DNA from: a virus
Taxonomy: Duplodnaviria > Caudoviricetes
Virus record (IMG/VR): IMGVR_UViG_3300025084_000066
Coordinates: 1 to 43,186 of that record
Reading direction: 5' to 3' (one strand)
DNA: 43,186 bases
In this document: positions 18,515 through 27,896 of the stretch, piece by piece
How the letters are laid out: every line of letters starts with the position of its first letter
Numbering within the stretch: the stretch's first letter is position 1
Translations under genes and position numbers: made by a program
Notes under the pieces: model-generated
What the model was told of the DNA's origin: nothing
Seen by the model: only the letters and a program-made list of their open reading frames with translations
Databases searched by the model: none

Positions 18515-20236
18515 TTAACCATCACAGGCTAAACAATTTTCATCCATTGCTTGTTCTGCTATATCTCCTCTTAAAACAGATTCAGTTCTTACATAGTATA
18601 AAGTTTTAATTCCTTTTTTCCAAGCCTCCATATGAACTTTATTTATCCATTTAGGCGTAGCTACACTTGGAAATGCTAAGTTTAAACTAACAGATTGATC
18701 TATATACTGTTGTCTTATTCCCGCTTGATTAACTAACTCTAGTTGATTGATTTCTTTAAATGTTTTAAAAACTTCTTTTAATGGTGTGTCAAATTTACCA
18801 ACAGTAATTTTCTCTAGTTCTTTTATTCCTTGAACAGATCCTCCATCTTTTAAAATCTTATTCCAAACTCTATCAGTATCTAATTTGTTTTTCTTTAAAG
18901 CTTTCTTAAGCGTAGGATTCTTGCGTATAAAAGTACCTTTCGCGCTTTGTTCAGTAAATACATTTGCAGCCCAAGGCTCGATACCAGGGGAAACATTTCC
19001 ACTAAGTTTACTATTGCTGACAGTAGGAGCAATAGCGCGTAAATGAGTATTGCGCATGCCAGAACCGCGGCACCAAAGGGGTTCCCCGAAATTCTCAGCC
19101 AACGCCATAGAGGCTCTTTCGCTTTCAATTTTAATTTGACTAAATATTCTTCTCGTTTCATATTGTGATAATAATCCTTCAAATGGTAAACCTTTTTCCT
19201 GTAAATAAGTATGCCAGCCTAAAACACCTAACCCAATAGCTCTTCCTTTTTCTGCTGATCTAACTGAATTATGAAATCCAACTTTACCTTTTGATTTTTG
19301 TATAAATTCTTCTAACACACCATCTAAAAACCAGATGCTGTCATAAATAAGATTAGTGTTTTTCCACTCATCATATTTAGCTATGTTTAAACTAGACAAA
19401 CAGCACACAAAAGAGTGTGATTCATCAGTATGTAATGTTATCTCACTACATATGTTTGTCATGTGAACTTTTAAACCGTGCTTGATGTAATGTTCTGGGT
19501 TAGCTTTGTTCGTATTTCCTTTAAATAAGATATAAGGCTCTCCAGTTGCTTTTCGCTTTTGTAACAGTTTTCCCCATAATCTTCTTGACTCTTTATCTCC
19601 AGCATCAAGTCTTCGCATAAACTTATCGCCGACCACAGCGCACTGGTGTAAGTTGAGTGATTGTCTATTAACATCGCCTTTTGGCTCTCGTATATCCAAC
19701 CACTCTTCGAAATCGGGGTGGTCAATATTAATGTTAACGCTTGCAGCTCCTCTACGGACAGATCCTTGATTTGTTGCGAGTATTGTTGAATCGTATATCT
19801 TACAAAAAGGTACAGTTCCGTCAGATGTTCCATTTTGAGTTATTTTTGTTCCGGCGGGTCTAATCATATTTAGTCCGATGCCAACTCCGCCGCCGTGTTT
19901 TGCGAGTAACATCATCTCTAGGTTTTTCATACCTATTTCATATATACTATCTCCTACATCAATACCAAAACAAGATATAGGCAAACCTCTGTCTGTTCCA
20001 GTGTTAGATAACACGGGTGAGGCTAAACATAACCAACCTTTCCATATATAACTAAAAAAATCTTTAGCCATTTCTGGACGATCTAAACGCTTACTTACAG
20101 TTTCACAAACTCTTATGTAAGCTTCTTTAGGTGTTTCGTTTTTTAATAAATATCCTCCTGATATTGTTTTCTTATATACATCGGTGTCTCCCCAGCTTGG
20201 GTAATCAACACCTTTTTTCCAATTATTATTCCACAT
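18515..20236 (-). CDS. nrdA: Ribonucleotide reductase class I alpha subunit (no ATP cone)
   Basis: ISCF, GGGVG, TNICSEI (NxCxE), IAPT, DQSVSLNL, KTLYY and C-terminal CLAC. Confidence 0.95.
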   Translation of the reverse strand: MWNNNWKKGVDYPSWGDTDVYKKTISGGYLLKNETPKEAYIRVCETVSKRLDRPEMAKDFFSYIWKGWLCLASPVLSNTGTDRGLPISCFGIDVGDSIYEIGMKNLEMMLLAKHGGGVGIGLNMIRPAGTKITQNGTSDGTVPFCKIYDSTILATNQGSVRRGAASVNINIDHPDFEEWLDIREPKGDVNRQSLNLHQCAVVGDKFMRRLDAGDKESRRLWGKLLQKRKATGEPYILFKGNTNKANPEHYIKHGLKVHMTNICSEITLHTDESHSFVCCLSSLNIAKYDEWKNTNLIYDSIWFLDGVLEEFIQKSKGKVGFHNSVRSAEKGRAIGLGVLGWHTYLQEKGLPFEGLLSQYETRRIFSQIKIESERASMALAENFGEPLWCRGSGMRNTHLRAIAPTVSNSKLSGNVSPGIEPWAANVFTEQSAKGTFIRKNPTLKKALKKNKLDTDRVWNKILKDGGSVQGIKELEKITVGKFDTPLKEVFKTFKEINQLELVNQAGIRQQYIDQSVSLNLAFPSVATPKWINKVHMEAWKKGIKTLYYVRTESVLRGDIAEQAMDENCLACDG

Positions 20237-20246
20237 ATATTATTTT

Positions 20247-21224
20247 TTACCAAATATCTTCAAAATCTTCTCCTTCGTTTGCTTTACTATAGTCAGTCGG
20301 CCTAATAGCAAAGAAATCAGTGTGAGTGTGACCCCCGGTAAGATGATCAAACCAAGCCATTTTATCAATTGACTTTTGGTCATATTCAAATTTAAATTTG
20401 CCTTCTTGTTTGTAACCCAATTCTTGAATTTTATCACCTGTACGTTTTTTAATAAAATGTTTAAGGTCATATTCTGTTATTCCTTCAATATCACCCATTT
20501 CAAACAACTTAGATATATAAGTCATTTCAGCGTTATGCATAGTTAAAGCCGCATCATATACATGCTCTTTACATTCTTCTTTCAAACCTGGAATTTGAGA
20601 ACACATATGTCTAAACAGTTGACAACCCATTTTACTATGTAATGATTCATCTCTTACCGACCATTTCATTTGTTGCCCAACACCTTTAAGTAGGTTACGC
20701 ATTTGAAAACTGTATAATACTGCAAACGCAGAGTATAAACTAACACCTTCTGCAAACGCAGAAAAAGTAGCTAATGATTTACCAATACCTATAGGATCGT
20801 TACCATCATAAGCAACAAGGTTTTCAAATCTTTTAGCCGTAGCGGGTTCATGTAAAAAAGCCTCGTAGTCTTCAAGACCTAAAGTTTCATTTAAATAACT
20901 ATAAGCTACAGCGTGTATTGTTTCTTGTGAACCAAACATCATTGCCATTTGTTGTATTTCATGTTTAGGAAACCAACCTACAACTTTTTGTGTCCAGTAA
21001 TCAGACACAGCACATTCGGTTTGAGCAAAACCTAGTAAGATATTTCCTACTAAGTTTTTCTCTTTATTGTCTAACTTCTCGTTCCAATCTTTTAAATCAC
21101 CTGACATAGGTATTTCAGTATGTAACCAAAATGCTTGCGCTTGTTTTAACCAACCCTCTGTATAATACTCAGGGTATTCAAAAGGTTTATAAGGTATTCT
21201 TTCTGTAAATATAGGTGCTTTCAT
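20247..21224 (-). CDS. nrdB: Ribonucleotide reductase class I beta subunit
   Basis: ETIHAVAY, AEGVSLYSAF and RDESLH dimetal motifs; DFF..RPTDY tail. Confidence 0.95.
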   Translation of the reverse strand: MKAPIFTERIPYKPFEYPEYYTEGWLKQAQAFWLHTEIPMSGDLKDWNEKLDNKEKNLVGNILLGFAQTECAVSDYWTQKVVGWFPKHEIQQMAMMFGSQETIHAVAYSYLNETLGLEDYEAFLHEPATAKRFENLVAYDGNDPIGIGKSLATFSAFAEGVSLYSAFAVLYSFQMRNLLKGVGQQMKWSVRDESLHSKMGCQLFRHMCSQIPGLKEECKEHVYDAALTMHNAEMTYISKLFEMGDIEGITEYDLKHFIKKRTGDKIQELGYKQEGKFKFEYDQKSIDKMAWFDHLTGGHTHTDFFAIRPTDYSKANEGEDFEDIW

Positions 21225-21225
21225 A

Positions 21226-21378
21226 TTATTTTTCTATAGTTAAACAAATATCTATAAATGGCAAGTAAAAAACATGATTTATTAAATCTTCATCGTCATA
21301 ATTTCTATAACCTATTAGTATACCTTTATAAGTACCAAAACTAATTTCCCATTGTAATTTTTCTTTTTCTTTTTTCAT
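21226..21378 (-). CDS. Hypothetical protein, 50 aa (not in ORF track)
   Basis: MKKEKEKLQWEISFGTYKGILIGYRNYDDEDLINHVFYLPFIDICLTIEK; fills the intergenic gap exactly. Confidence 0.7.
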   Translation of the reverse strand: MKKEKEKLQWEISFGTYKGILIGYRNYDDEDLINHVFYLPFIDICLTIEK

Positions 21379-21381
21379 GTT

Positions 21382-21582
21382 TTAAAATTTATGTTTTTTT
21401 ATATTTGATAACACATAACATTTAATGTTAAACTTATCGTGAATTTTTCTTATATCAGAATACTTAATATAACCTTTTGTTTTAATTGACCAATTTATAT
21501 ACTTGTCAATTTTCCTTTCTGCATATTTTCTTCTTGCTAAACCCTTGTGGTTCCTAATATTATTTTGACTACCTCGTCGCAT
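21382..21582 (-). CDS. Small basic hypothetical protein (start uncertain)
   Basis: ORF track; fills the operon gap. Confidence 0.55.
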   Translation of the reverse strand: MRRGSQNNIRNHKGLARRKYAERKIDKYINWSIKTKGYIKYSDIRKIHDKFNIKCYVLSNIKKHKF

Positions 21583-21995
21583 TCATTTTGATTTTGTGGT
21601 TTAAACAATTTATAATTCGGAAACTGTATACTTACTAAAAGTTTAAACATTTTCCATCTCATTGGGAAAGACTCATTAGCTCTTCCTTTACACTCTATAA
21701 TATAATCTTTTCCTATAAAATCAGGTGTGTACTTTATAGGTAATATTCTTTTTTTACCTCTATCTTTGAATTCACCTTTTCCGTTAGACATTCTTTCATA
21801 ACATTCATTTTCAAAATAAAAACCATTATTTAAAACAAAAGTTTCTCCTTCATACTTACATTTTATTTTAGCTTGTTTCAAAGCTTTATACATGTATTTC
21901 TCAAGGCCGGAGGCAAACATTATCCCATCATATTTACTTTTTTTAGCCTGAACAGGACCTTTTTTTTTACTTTTTTTTCTGTAACGTTTAATCAT
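21537..21995 (-). CDS. T7 endonuclease I-like PD-(D/E)xK nuclease / Holliday junction resolvase
   Basis: FASGLE, YEGE and YTPDF..IIECKG. Confidence 0.8.
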   Translation of the reverse strand: MIKRYRKKSKKKGPVQAKKSKYDGIMFASGLEKYMYKALKQAKIKCKYEGETFVLNNGFYFENECYERMSNGKGEFKDRGKKRILPIKYTPDFIGKDYIIECKGRANESFPMRWKMFKLLVSIQFPNYKLFKPQNQNECDEVVKIILGTTRV

Positions 21996-22230
21996 TTTGT
22001 TTTTTTAATATATCGTCAATGTCTTCACGTGCAGCTTGTATATATAATATTGCATCCATTAATTCTTCTTGAACATCATTTAAATAATCTTTTAAGCTTT
22101 TTACTTTAGATAATCTTTCAGTTTCTAAAGTTTGACCATATTTTTCAAAACCAACGTTTGATCTTTGAATAAACTTATCAACTACGCGTTCTACAACAGG
22201 ATCTCTAAAATTAATTTCTTTTTTATTCAT
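21988..22230 (-). CDS. Small helical phage protein, possibly related to all-alpha NTP pyrophosphatases
   Basis: RSNVGFEKYGQTL and VQEELMDAILY (EExxD). Confidence 0.5.
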   Translation of the reverse strand: MNKKEINFRDPVVERVVDKFIQRSNVGFEKYGQTLETERLSKVKSLKDYLNDVQEELMDAILYIQAAREDIDDILKKQND

Positions 22231-22231
22231 A

Positions 22232-23008
22232 TTATAATTTTTTTACAAAAGTTCCGTTAGACATCTTGCCTTTTCTGTCTTTTATTTCGTTATAAGCAAA
22301 CTGTATACAATCTTCAATATACATACCCTCTAGTTCTGATAAGTTTGTCAAAACAACTATCATATCACCTATAGCATCTTTTATACCTTCTTTATCTTTT
22401 TTTAATAAAGACTGTGCTAATTCTCCAGATTCTTCCATCAACTTAACATATTGTGTATGGGAATTACCTTTATCAAATATACCTCTTTCTCTAGCCCAAT
22501 CTCTTATTAAAGGAAATATATCTCTATTTGGAGTTTTATAATTTTTTTTATCAGAACTTTTATCTAAAAAAGCTTCATAAAAAGCTTTGTTATAAATGTA
22601 ACATCGATCTTTACTATATTGAGACGACAAAGCGTTTTTTTCTATCCAAGGTATATTTTCTTTAGTTAATTCAAATGTACCAAAATGTGGGTGTTCCCAT
22701 TGTAATCCAATGTTATCCATTAAACGTCCTTTTAACTTATTAGCGGGTAACGGGAAGGTTGTAGTTTGCTCTGTAATGTTTATTTTCATTTTTTTATTAA
22801 ATTTAAGATTCTTATATAATCGCGTATCAATTTTATAGCCATATTGCTTTTGTAATTCTATTTCTTTTTTAGAAACCTCGTCTATATCTTCTGTTTCTAA
22901 TAATATTTCATATTCTCTAGGTTTATAACCTTGTATTTTTTCTACTCTTATTTTAGGGTTAGAGGTAACACCTATTTTTTTTTTGGGAATATGATAAATA
23001 TAATACAT
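22232..23008 (-). CDS. GIY-YIG-like N-domain fused to MazG-like nucleotide pyrophosphohydrolase
   Basis: N-terminal YYIY..KIGVTSN..R; C-terminal WARERGI..KLMEESGEL..DAIGDMIVVL..AYNEIKDRKG. Confidence 0.75.
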   Translation of the reverse strand: MYYIYHIPKKKIGVTSNPKIRVEKIQGYKPREYEILLETEDIDEVSKKEIELQKQYGYKIDTRLYKNLKFNKKMKINITEQTTTFPLPANKLKGRLMDNIGLQWEHPHFGTFELTKENIPWIEKNALSSQYSKDRCYIYNKAFYEAFLDKSSDKKNYKTPNRDIFPLIRDWARERGIFDKGNSHTQYVKLMEESGELAQSLLKKDKEGIKDAIGDMIVVLTNLSELEGMYIEDCIQFAYNEIKDRKGKMSNGTFVKKL

Positions 23009-23013
23009 TTTTT

Positions 23014-23655
23014 TTAAAGTTTATTGTTATACAAGTGTAAATTATGTGCATGATGATAATACCAACCAACATTTATTTTAAGCCTCTCTGCAACTAATTT
23101 TTGTAATGATGAAAATTGATATTGATCATTGCAAAAGCCGTACCAGATGTCATTAGAACGCATATAGACAGACATATTTAATTTATTATCTAATATTGTA
23201 AACTGAACTGCATAGGTACATGGTGTATCATTTCTATATTGTTGAAATTCTTTACAATCATATATACTTAAAGCGGCGTGCCTTGTGTTTGGATTATCTT
23301 TTAGTTTAGCAATAACATAATCTAATTGATGATTACGTTGCCACTGCCAACCGTAGTTACTATTAACTCTTCCTTCACTGTCAGCCATTTTTTCCCATAT
23401 GAGAGGTATTTTACCATATATTTTACCTAAAGTTTTAATATTAGGATCTCCTGATAAATACCACTGCCATTCAGCTTCAGCATAATCTAACTTCCATTTT
23501 CTTTCTTTGTTTGTTATATGATTGTCAAGTGGGTTTGTAATGTAAAAACCACAATTAAAAACAGCTTTTGTATCATCAAAATCAACACCATAAACTATAA
23601 TGTGATCTAACAAACTTTCATAAGCTTCGTTGGCATTTTTATATTTTCTTTTCAT
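23014..23655 (-). CDS. Thymidylate synthase-fold enzyme, dCMP hydroxymethylase-like
   Basis: NSNYG, DTPCT and MRSNDIWYGFCND; start placed at MKRKY (track start 23685). Confidence 0.8.
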   Translation of the reverse strand: MKRKYKNANEAYESLLDHIIVYGVDFDDTKAVFNCGFYITNPLDNHITNKERKWKLDYAEAEWQWYLSGDPNIKTLGKIYGKIPLIWEKMADSEGRVNSNYGWQWQRNHQLDYVIAKLKDNPNTRHAALSIYDCKEFQQYRNDTPCTYAVQFTILDNKLNMSVYMRSNDIWYGFCNDQYQFSSLQKLVAERLKINVGWYYHHAHNLHLYNNKL

Positions 23656-23908
23656 ATTTATTATAGTAATATTCGTAGTATTCAAACATTTTCTTCCAAA
23701 CCTCTATTTTTTTATAAGCTTGTGGTGAATAATATTTTTTTTTATTTAACTTAATTTCAATCCTCCATTCATCTGCCATTTTTGACTCAGGCCATATTAC
23801 AATTCCATTTGCTATACACCATCTATATGCTTCATGTTCATGCGTTGTAGGAGTATATTTACCATATCTAACAACATATCCATTATTCCCACGGTAATTC
23901 TTTCTCAT
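23639..23908 (-). CDS. Hypothetical protein
   Basis: ORF track; fills the gap between the primase and TS-like genes. Confidence 0.65.
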   Translation of the reverse strand: MRKNYRGNNGYVVRYGKYTPTTHEHEAYRWCIANGIVIWPESKMADEWRIEIKLNKKKYYSPQAYKKIEVWKKMFEYYEYYYNKYEKKI

Positions 23909-25607
23909 TTAACTGTTCTGTTATTAATGGAATAAAGCTTCCTGATTTTGGCTCCCACCTAAAATTTGCTTCGGCTCCATTTTCTCCTAAGTTTTGAAAC
24001 TTAACCTTAAGAATTTTTGCTTTAACGGTTTTATTTTCATAATCTCTATGAACTAATATACCATGATAAGAAGCATCATACCATTCACCACCACCTTTAA
24101 TGTTATACATTGTTGGTTCTTCAATATTGCCTTCTTTATCTCTATACATTTTTGTAGGATGCGCTATAATAAATACTAATGTATCATATTTTTTACAAAA
24201 AGTCTCTATTTTAGTCAAATATTCCATAGTATACCTATTAACATCTTCTGTTTTAGTTTCTATATCTCTTATTTTATTAAAAGGATCTATAACCAAACAC
24301 TTAATACCTTTACGTTTAACTAATTCAGCTCCTTTCCTTAATACAGAGTCCAAAGTATATCGCTCCATATCAATAAAAAAGAAATTATCATCTACGTGTT
24401 GCGATAATTTGTTCCATTTTTCTCCATTAATATCGTGTCTAGTTGGCATACCTTGCCAAAACTTTCTTAATAGTTTATGTGCATGTAAATAGGTGGGTGC
24501 ATTTTCTGGTGATGCAAAAGCTGTTTTCCAATTATAATTAATATTATAACCAACTACCATCTGATCAACGAAGTCAGACTTTCCGCTAGATGGTATGCCA
24601 GTAACAGTGATAAACTGGCTAGTGTAAGTACTAAAAATATCATCAAAATTACGTATACCAATTTGATACCCAGGTTTAAAACCATTTTTAACAAAATCAG
24701 CAACTTCATTTTCGATGTCCTTAAAAGTTGTAACGTTTTCAAGAGGTACTGGTTTTGAGTTAGAAGCGGTTTCTCGTAATTTTTCTTTTCCATATTTTAA
24801 TAAGTATTCATTTGCGTCTTTAACGTCTTCAAAGTTAATAATGTAGCATATTTCAGCTCCAAGCCTTCTAATTAATTCTTGTTGTAAAGCTTCTCCAGCT
24901 TCATCTTGATCAACTGCTATTATAATTTTTTCTTTATCTAAAAAATAATCAATGCAATTATCAAGGTAATCAAGATTATTATTGTTAATCGTAGCACCGT
25001 TAGGTACACTAACCACATTGAATATGCCCGCCTCGTGGAACGAAAGAACATCCATTTCTCCTTCAACAATATATACCTGATCAAATCCGACAACACTATT
25101 AATGTTATAAAAGATTTTTTCAGCTCCTTTATAAAGCTTAAAATTTTTGTGACCATCTCTGTATTTTATATTAATTAGTTCATTACCCATTATGTAATTG
25201 AACTGTATTGTGTTTTCGTGTTTACCCGTTTGAGGCATATACTCAGAACCCTCAGTGATGTTTAAATCATCGAGTGTTTGCTGAGATATACCTCTTTTTT
25301 TAAACCATTGATATACTTTTGAACCTAATTGCTCAGGTTCTACTATATCTATAGCATTAGGTCTTACATATACCTTTTCTGTATCTCCTTTTCTAAGGTA
25401 TGTGTGTAACTGAAAAGTAGTGTTACAATTGTGACAGGTACCTAAACCTCTTTCCCAATCATATGAAGCACATTTATTTTTTTTGTTTTTTGGTTTTCTG
25501 TTGTGCGAACAGATAGGACAAATACCTTGTGTTTTGCCAACTTCCAAATTGTGCTGATTAAAATTATCAATTGAAAATCCATTGATTTCTACGTCATTAA
25601 CGTGCAT
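23883..25607 (-). CDS. Primase-helicase (T7 gp4/Twinkle-like)
   Basis: Zn finger CPIC..CHNC; TOPRIM VEGEMD and AVDQDEAG; Walker A GIPSSGKS; LVIDP; IAHP. Confidence 0.92.
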   Translation of the reverse strand: MHVNDVEINGFSIDNFNQHNLEVGKTQGICPICSHNRKPKNKKNKCASYDWERGLGTCHNCNTTFQLHTYLRKGDTEKVYVRPNAIDIVEPEQLGSKVYQWFKKRGISQQTLDDLNITEGSEYMPQTGKHENTIQFNYIMGNELINIKYRDGHKNFKLYKGAEKIFYNINSVVGFDQVYIVEGEMDVLSFHEAGIFNVVSVPNGATINNNNLDYLDNCIDYFLDKEKIIIAVDQDEAGEALQQELIRRLGAEICYIINFEDVKDANEYLLKYGKEKLRETASNSKPVPLENVTTFKDIENEVADFVKNGFKPGYQIGIRNFDDIFSTYTSQFITVTGIPSSGKSDFVDQMVVGYNINYNWKTAFASPENAPTYLHAHKLLRKFWQGMPTRHDINGEKWNKLSQHVDDNFFFIDMERYTLDSVLRKGAELVKRKGIKCLVIDPFNKIRDIETKTEDVNRYTMEYLTKIETFCKKYDTLVFIIAHPTKMYRDKEGNIEEPTMYNIKGGGEWYDASYHGILVHRDYENKTVKAKILKVKFQNLGENGAEANFRWEPKSGSFIPLITEQLNEKELPWE

Positions 25608-25620
25608 GTATTTTTAGTTT

Positions 25621-25926
25621 TTAAAATGGTAAATCGTCTCCTTGATTATTGTTAGTTACTTGCTGTGGTGCAGCTGCATCTCTTTTAGGTTCAACGTTTG
25701 TTCCATTAGTCCAAACTACTTTTACATTACCTAGGTATTTTCTTTCAGCTTTAGATTCTCTTTCTTCTTTTGTTTGCTGCACAATTATTGGACCATCATT
25801 TCCAAACTTATCTTGTTCGTCATTTAATGTAATTGTAATAGGTAAATACTTACCTTTTTTACCGTTAATGATTTTTTCCTTAGGTATTTCACTAAGATTA
25901 ATACTTGAGTTAATTATACTTGCCAT
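25621..25926 (-). CDS. Putative single-stranded DNA-binding protein
   Basis: GKKGKYL core, flexible tail ending DDLPF; next to the primase. Confidence 0.7.
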   Translation of the reverse strand: MASIINSSINLSEIPKEKIINGKKGKYLPITITLNDEQDKFGNDGPIIVQQTKEERESKAERKYLGNVKVVWTNGTNVEPKRDAAAPQQVTNNNQGDDLPF

Positions 25927-25936
25927 AATTTAAAAT

Positions 25937-26692
25937 TTAAAGGGTTTTTGTTTCAAAATATTGTGATGGATCAAATCCATCTGTTTTATAAAATAAGTTA
26001 TACATGTCAGTAGCTTTCAATACTTTATCTTCTCCGAATTTATAAAATTCTTCTGAACATTCAAATATTCCTATTTTATATGTTGTTTTATCTATTGCTA
26101 AGAACATCATATCATAACCAAATAATATTCTATATATATAAGCTTGAGCGTCGTAATTGAATTTACGAGCACTATATTTAAAACCTTCTATATCTGAGGT
26201 GGTCTTAATATCGATGATAAGCTTTTCGTTTTTATTTAATATATCAGCTTTACCTTTCCAAAGGTTGCCATTTATTTCTCCAATACCAGGTTCTTCATAA
26301 ATAATATTTTTTGAATTTTTTCCTGTACCGTGTATAAGATCTTTACAAACATCGTTACTCATCATAATGTCTCTTAACAATTCTACTTTATCAGCTTCAT
26401 GTTGTAACAAACAAAGTTCTCCTCCTGATATTTCTTTATATGATTTATTATTTCTAGTTGATGCATTTATTATTTTAAAGTTTTTAACTTTTTCAGGTTC
26501 TAAAATAACAGTGTGTAAATAACCTCCAATAAGCATATTAACATTTTTCTCTGTTGTTTCTTTAAACTTATTAGGATTAGTCAACAATGTACCTATTTTA
26601 CTGTAACTTAAAAACTTTTGTCCAAATTCTCCATAATAGTATTTATCTTCCCTTAGAAGCTCACACCACTCTTTGTGTTCTTTTTTATTCAT
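25937..26692 (-). CDS. PD-(D/E)xK exonuclease (RecE/ExoVIII, DUF3799-like)
   Basis: LSYS, G..LHTVILEP, KGKADIL..IIDIKTT and YDAQAYIY. Confidence 0.8.
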   Translation of the reverse strand: MNKKEHKEWCELLREDKYYYGEFGQKFLSYSKIGTLLTNPNKFKETTEKNVNMLIGGYLHTVILEPEKVKNFKIINASTRNNKSYKEISGGELCLLQHEADKVELLRDIMMSNDVCKDLIHGTGKNSKNIIYEEPGIGEINGNLWKGKADILNKNEKLIIDIKTTSDIEGFKYSARKFNYDAQAYIYRILFGYDMMFLAIDKTTYKIGIFECSEEFYKFGEDKVLKATDMYNLFYKTDGFDPSQYFETKTL

Positions 26693-27123
26693 AGTTTGTT
26701 TCTTTTAACACTATCAACTATTTTCTTGTATTTAGATGCGTCTATAAAATCTTCAGATTCATCTTGTCCAAAAATTCCTAAAGCATAAAAACCAGTTAGT
26801 TTTAATACAATACGTGACATTGCTCTTTTTTCAGCCATAGCTAATACATAAGTTTGTCTACAGTTTTTTTCATTAGCTTCGCCAAAGGTTTCAAGAGTTC
26901 TGTTATTCCATTCTGAATGCGCTAATACCGCTGCGGATTTACCAGGGGTATATTCCTCAAGCTTGTAAGTAATATCTATGTCTGCAACAGCTTGAATTTT
27001 GTCAATACCTGACCTAGTTATTATTGTCCAACCTTGAGGTGATTTAAAGGTGTCTTGGTCGTGTAAGTTATATTTTTTATATAACTCGTTTAAAATTTGG
27101 GATTTGGTTTTTTGGGTATTCAT
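26689..27123 (-). CDS. Possible single-strand annealing/recombination protein
   Basis: IITRSGIDKI and AMAEKRAMSR..L; coupled to the exonuclease. Confidence 0.45.
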   Translation of the reverse strand: MNTQKTKSQILNELYKKYNLHDQDTFKSPQGWTIITRSGIDKIQAVADIDITYKLEEYTPGKSAAVLAHSEWNNRTLETFGEANEKNCRQTYVLAMAEKRAMSRIVLKLTGFYALGIFGQDESEDFIDASKYKKIVDSVKRNKL

Positions 27124-27137
27124 ATATAAGTATTTAA

Positions 27138-27896
27138 TTAATTTAAAAAATCTATTATTTGATCAGGGTCTATTTTATCTATAAGTTTATCTATAGCTTC
27201 TCTTTTAATTTGAGAAACTCTTACAAAGTCAGCTACCCCTTTTATTTCTAAAACTTCAGCTATTTTTTTAGCAGGAGCTTTATCACAATCTAATCCGAAG
27301 CTCATGCGTAACACATCATACTCCTTATCGTTCAAATGTTGTTTCATCAAAGATAATATATATTTGTTAAGAATATTAATATTATATAAAATAGATTTAT
27401 CTTCAAAATCATTTGTTGTTCTTTTATCATTTTCATCGTCCATACTTAGAAACACTGAATTAAAAAACATTTGTATCATTTTTTTGTCTCTACCATCTGA
27501 CCTTCTCATTTCATTTAACTTGTGTTCAGGTATCCTAATATCACCTCTATTCATATCTATATTTCTTCTAGCAGAACCTAAAATTCTTTTTTTTACAAAA
27601 CCTTTAATTTGTTTTCTAACATCTTCTTCTACTTCTTTATTTATAATCAAAGACCAATCAATTCTATCTACAGCAGCCGTTAAACCGTAAAAAGCTTCTT
27701 GCATAACATCTAACATACTCATAACACCAGAAGCTCTATCTGCTGTCGAAAACTGTCTACATAATTTTTCTGCGTATGGCATAAGTACTATGATTAATTC
27801 GTCTCTTGTATATTGTATCCAAGGTTTATCTTCTAGTTCACATACGCTATAATCTTTTTTATAACGAACATAGTTTTCTACGTTGTAATTCTTCAT
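27138..27896 (-). CDS. Phage sigma70-family RNA polymerase sigma factor
   Basis: Region 2 RDELI..DVMQEAFYGLTAAVDRID; IRIPEH; region 4 LNDKEYDVLRMSFGL..IAEVL..RVSQIKREAIDKL. Confidence 0.88.
   Translation of the reverse strand: MKNYNVENYVRYKKDYSVCELEDKPWIQYTRDELIIVLMPYAEKLCRQFSTADRASGVMSMLDVMQEAFYGLTAAVDRIDWSLIINKEVEEDVRKQIKGFVKKRILGSARRNIDMNRGDIRIPEHKLNEMRRSDGRDKKMIQMFFNSVFLSMDDENDKRTTNDFEDKSILYNINILNKYILSLMKQHLNDKEYDVLRMSFGLDCDKAPAKKIAEVLEIKGVADFVRVSQIKREAIDKLIDKIDPDQIIDFLN

Noticed and set aside
18515-25607. Introns or inteins in nrdA, nrdB or primase-helicase
   Set aside because: ORFs are continuous and of compact length, with no intein motifs seen.
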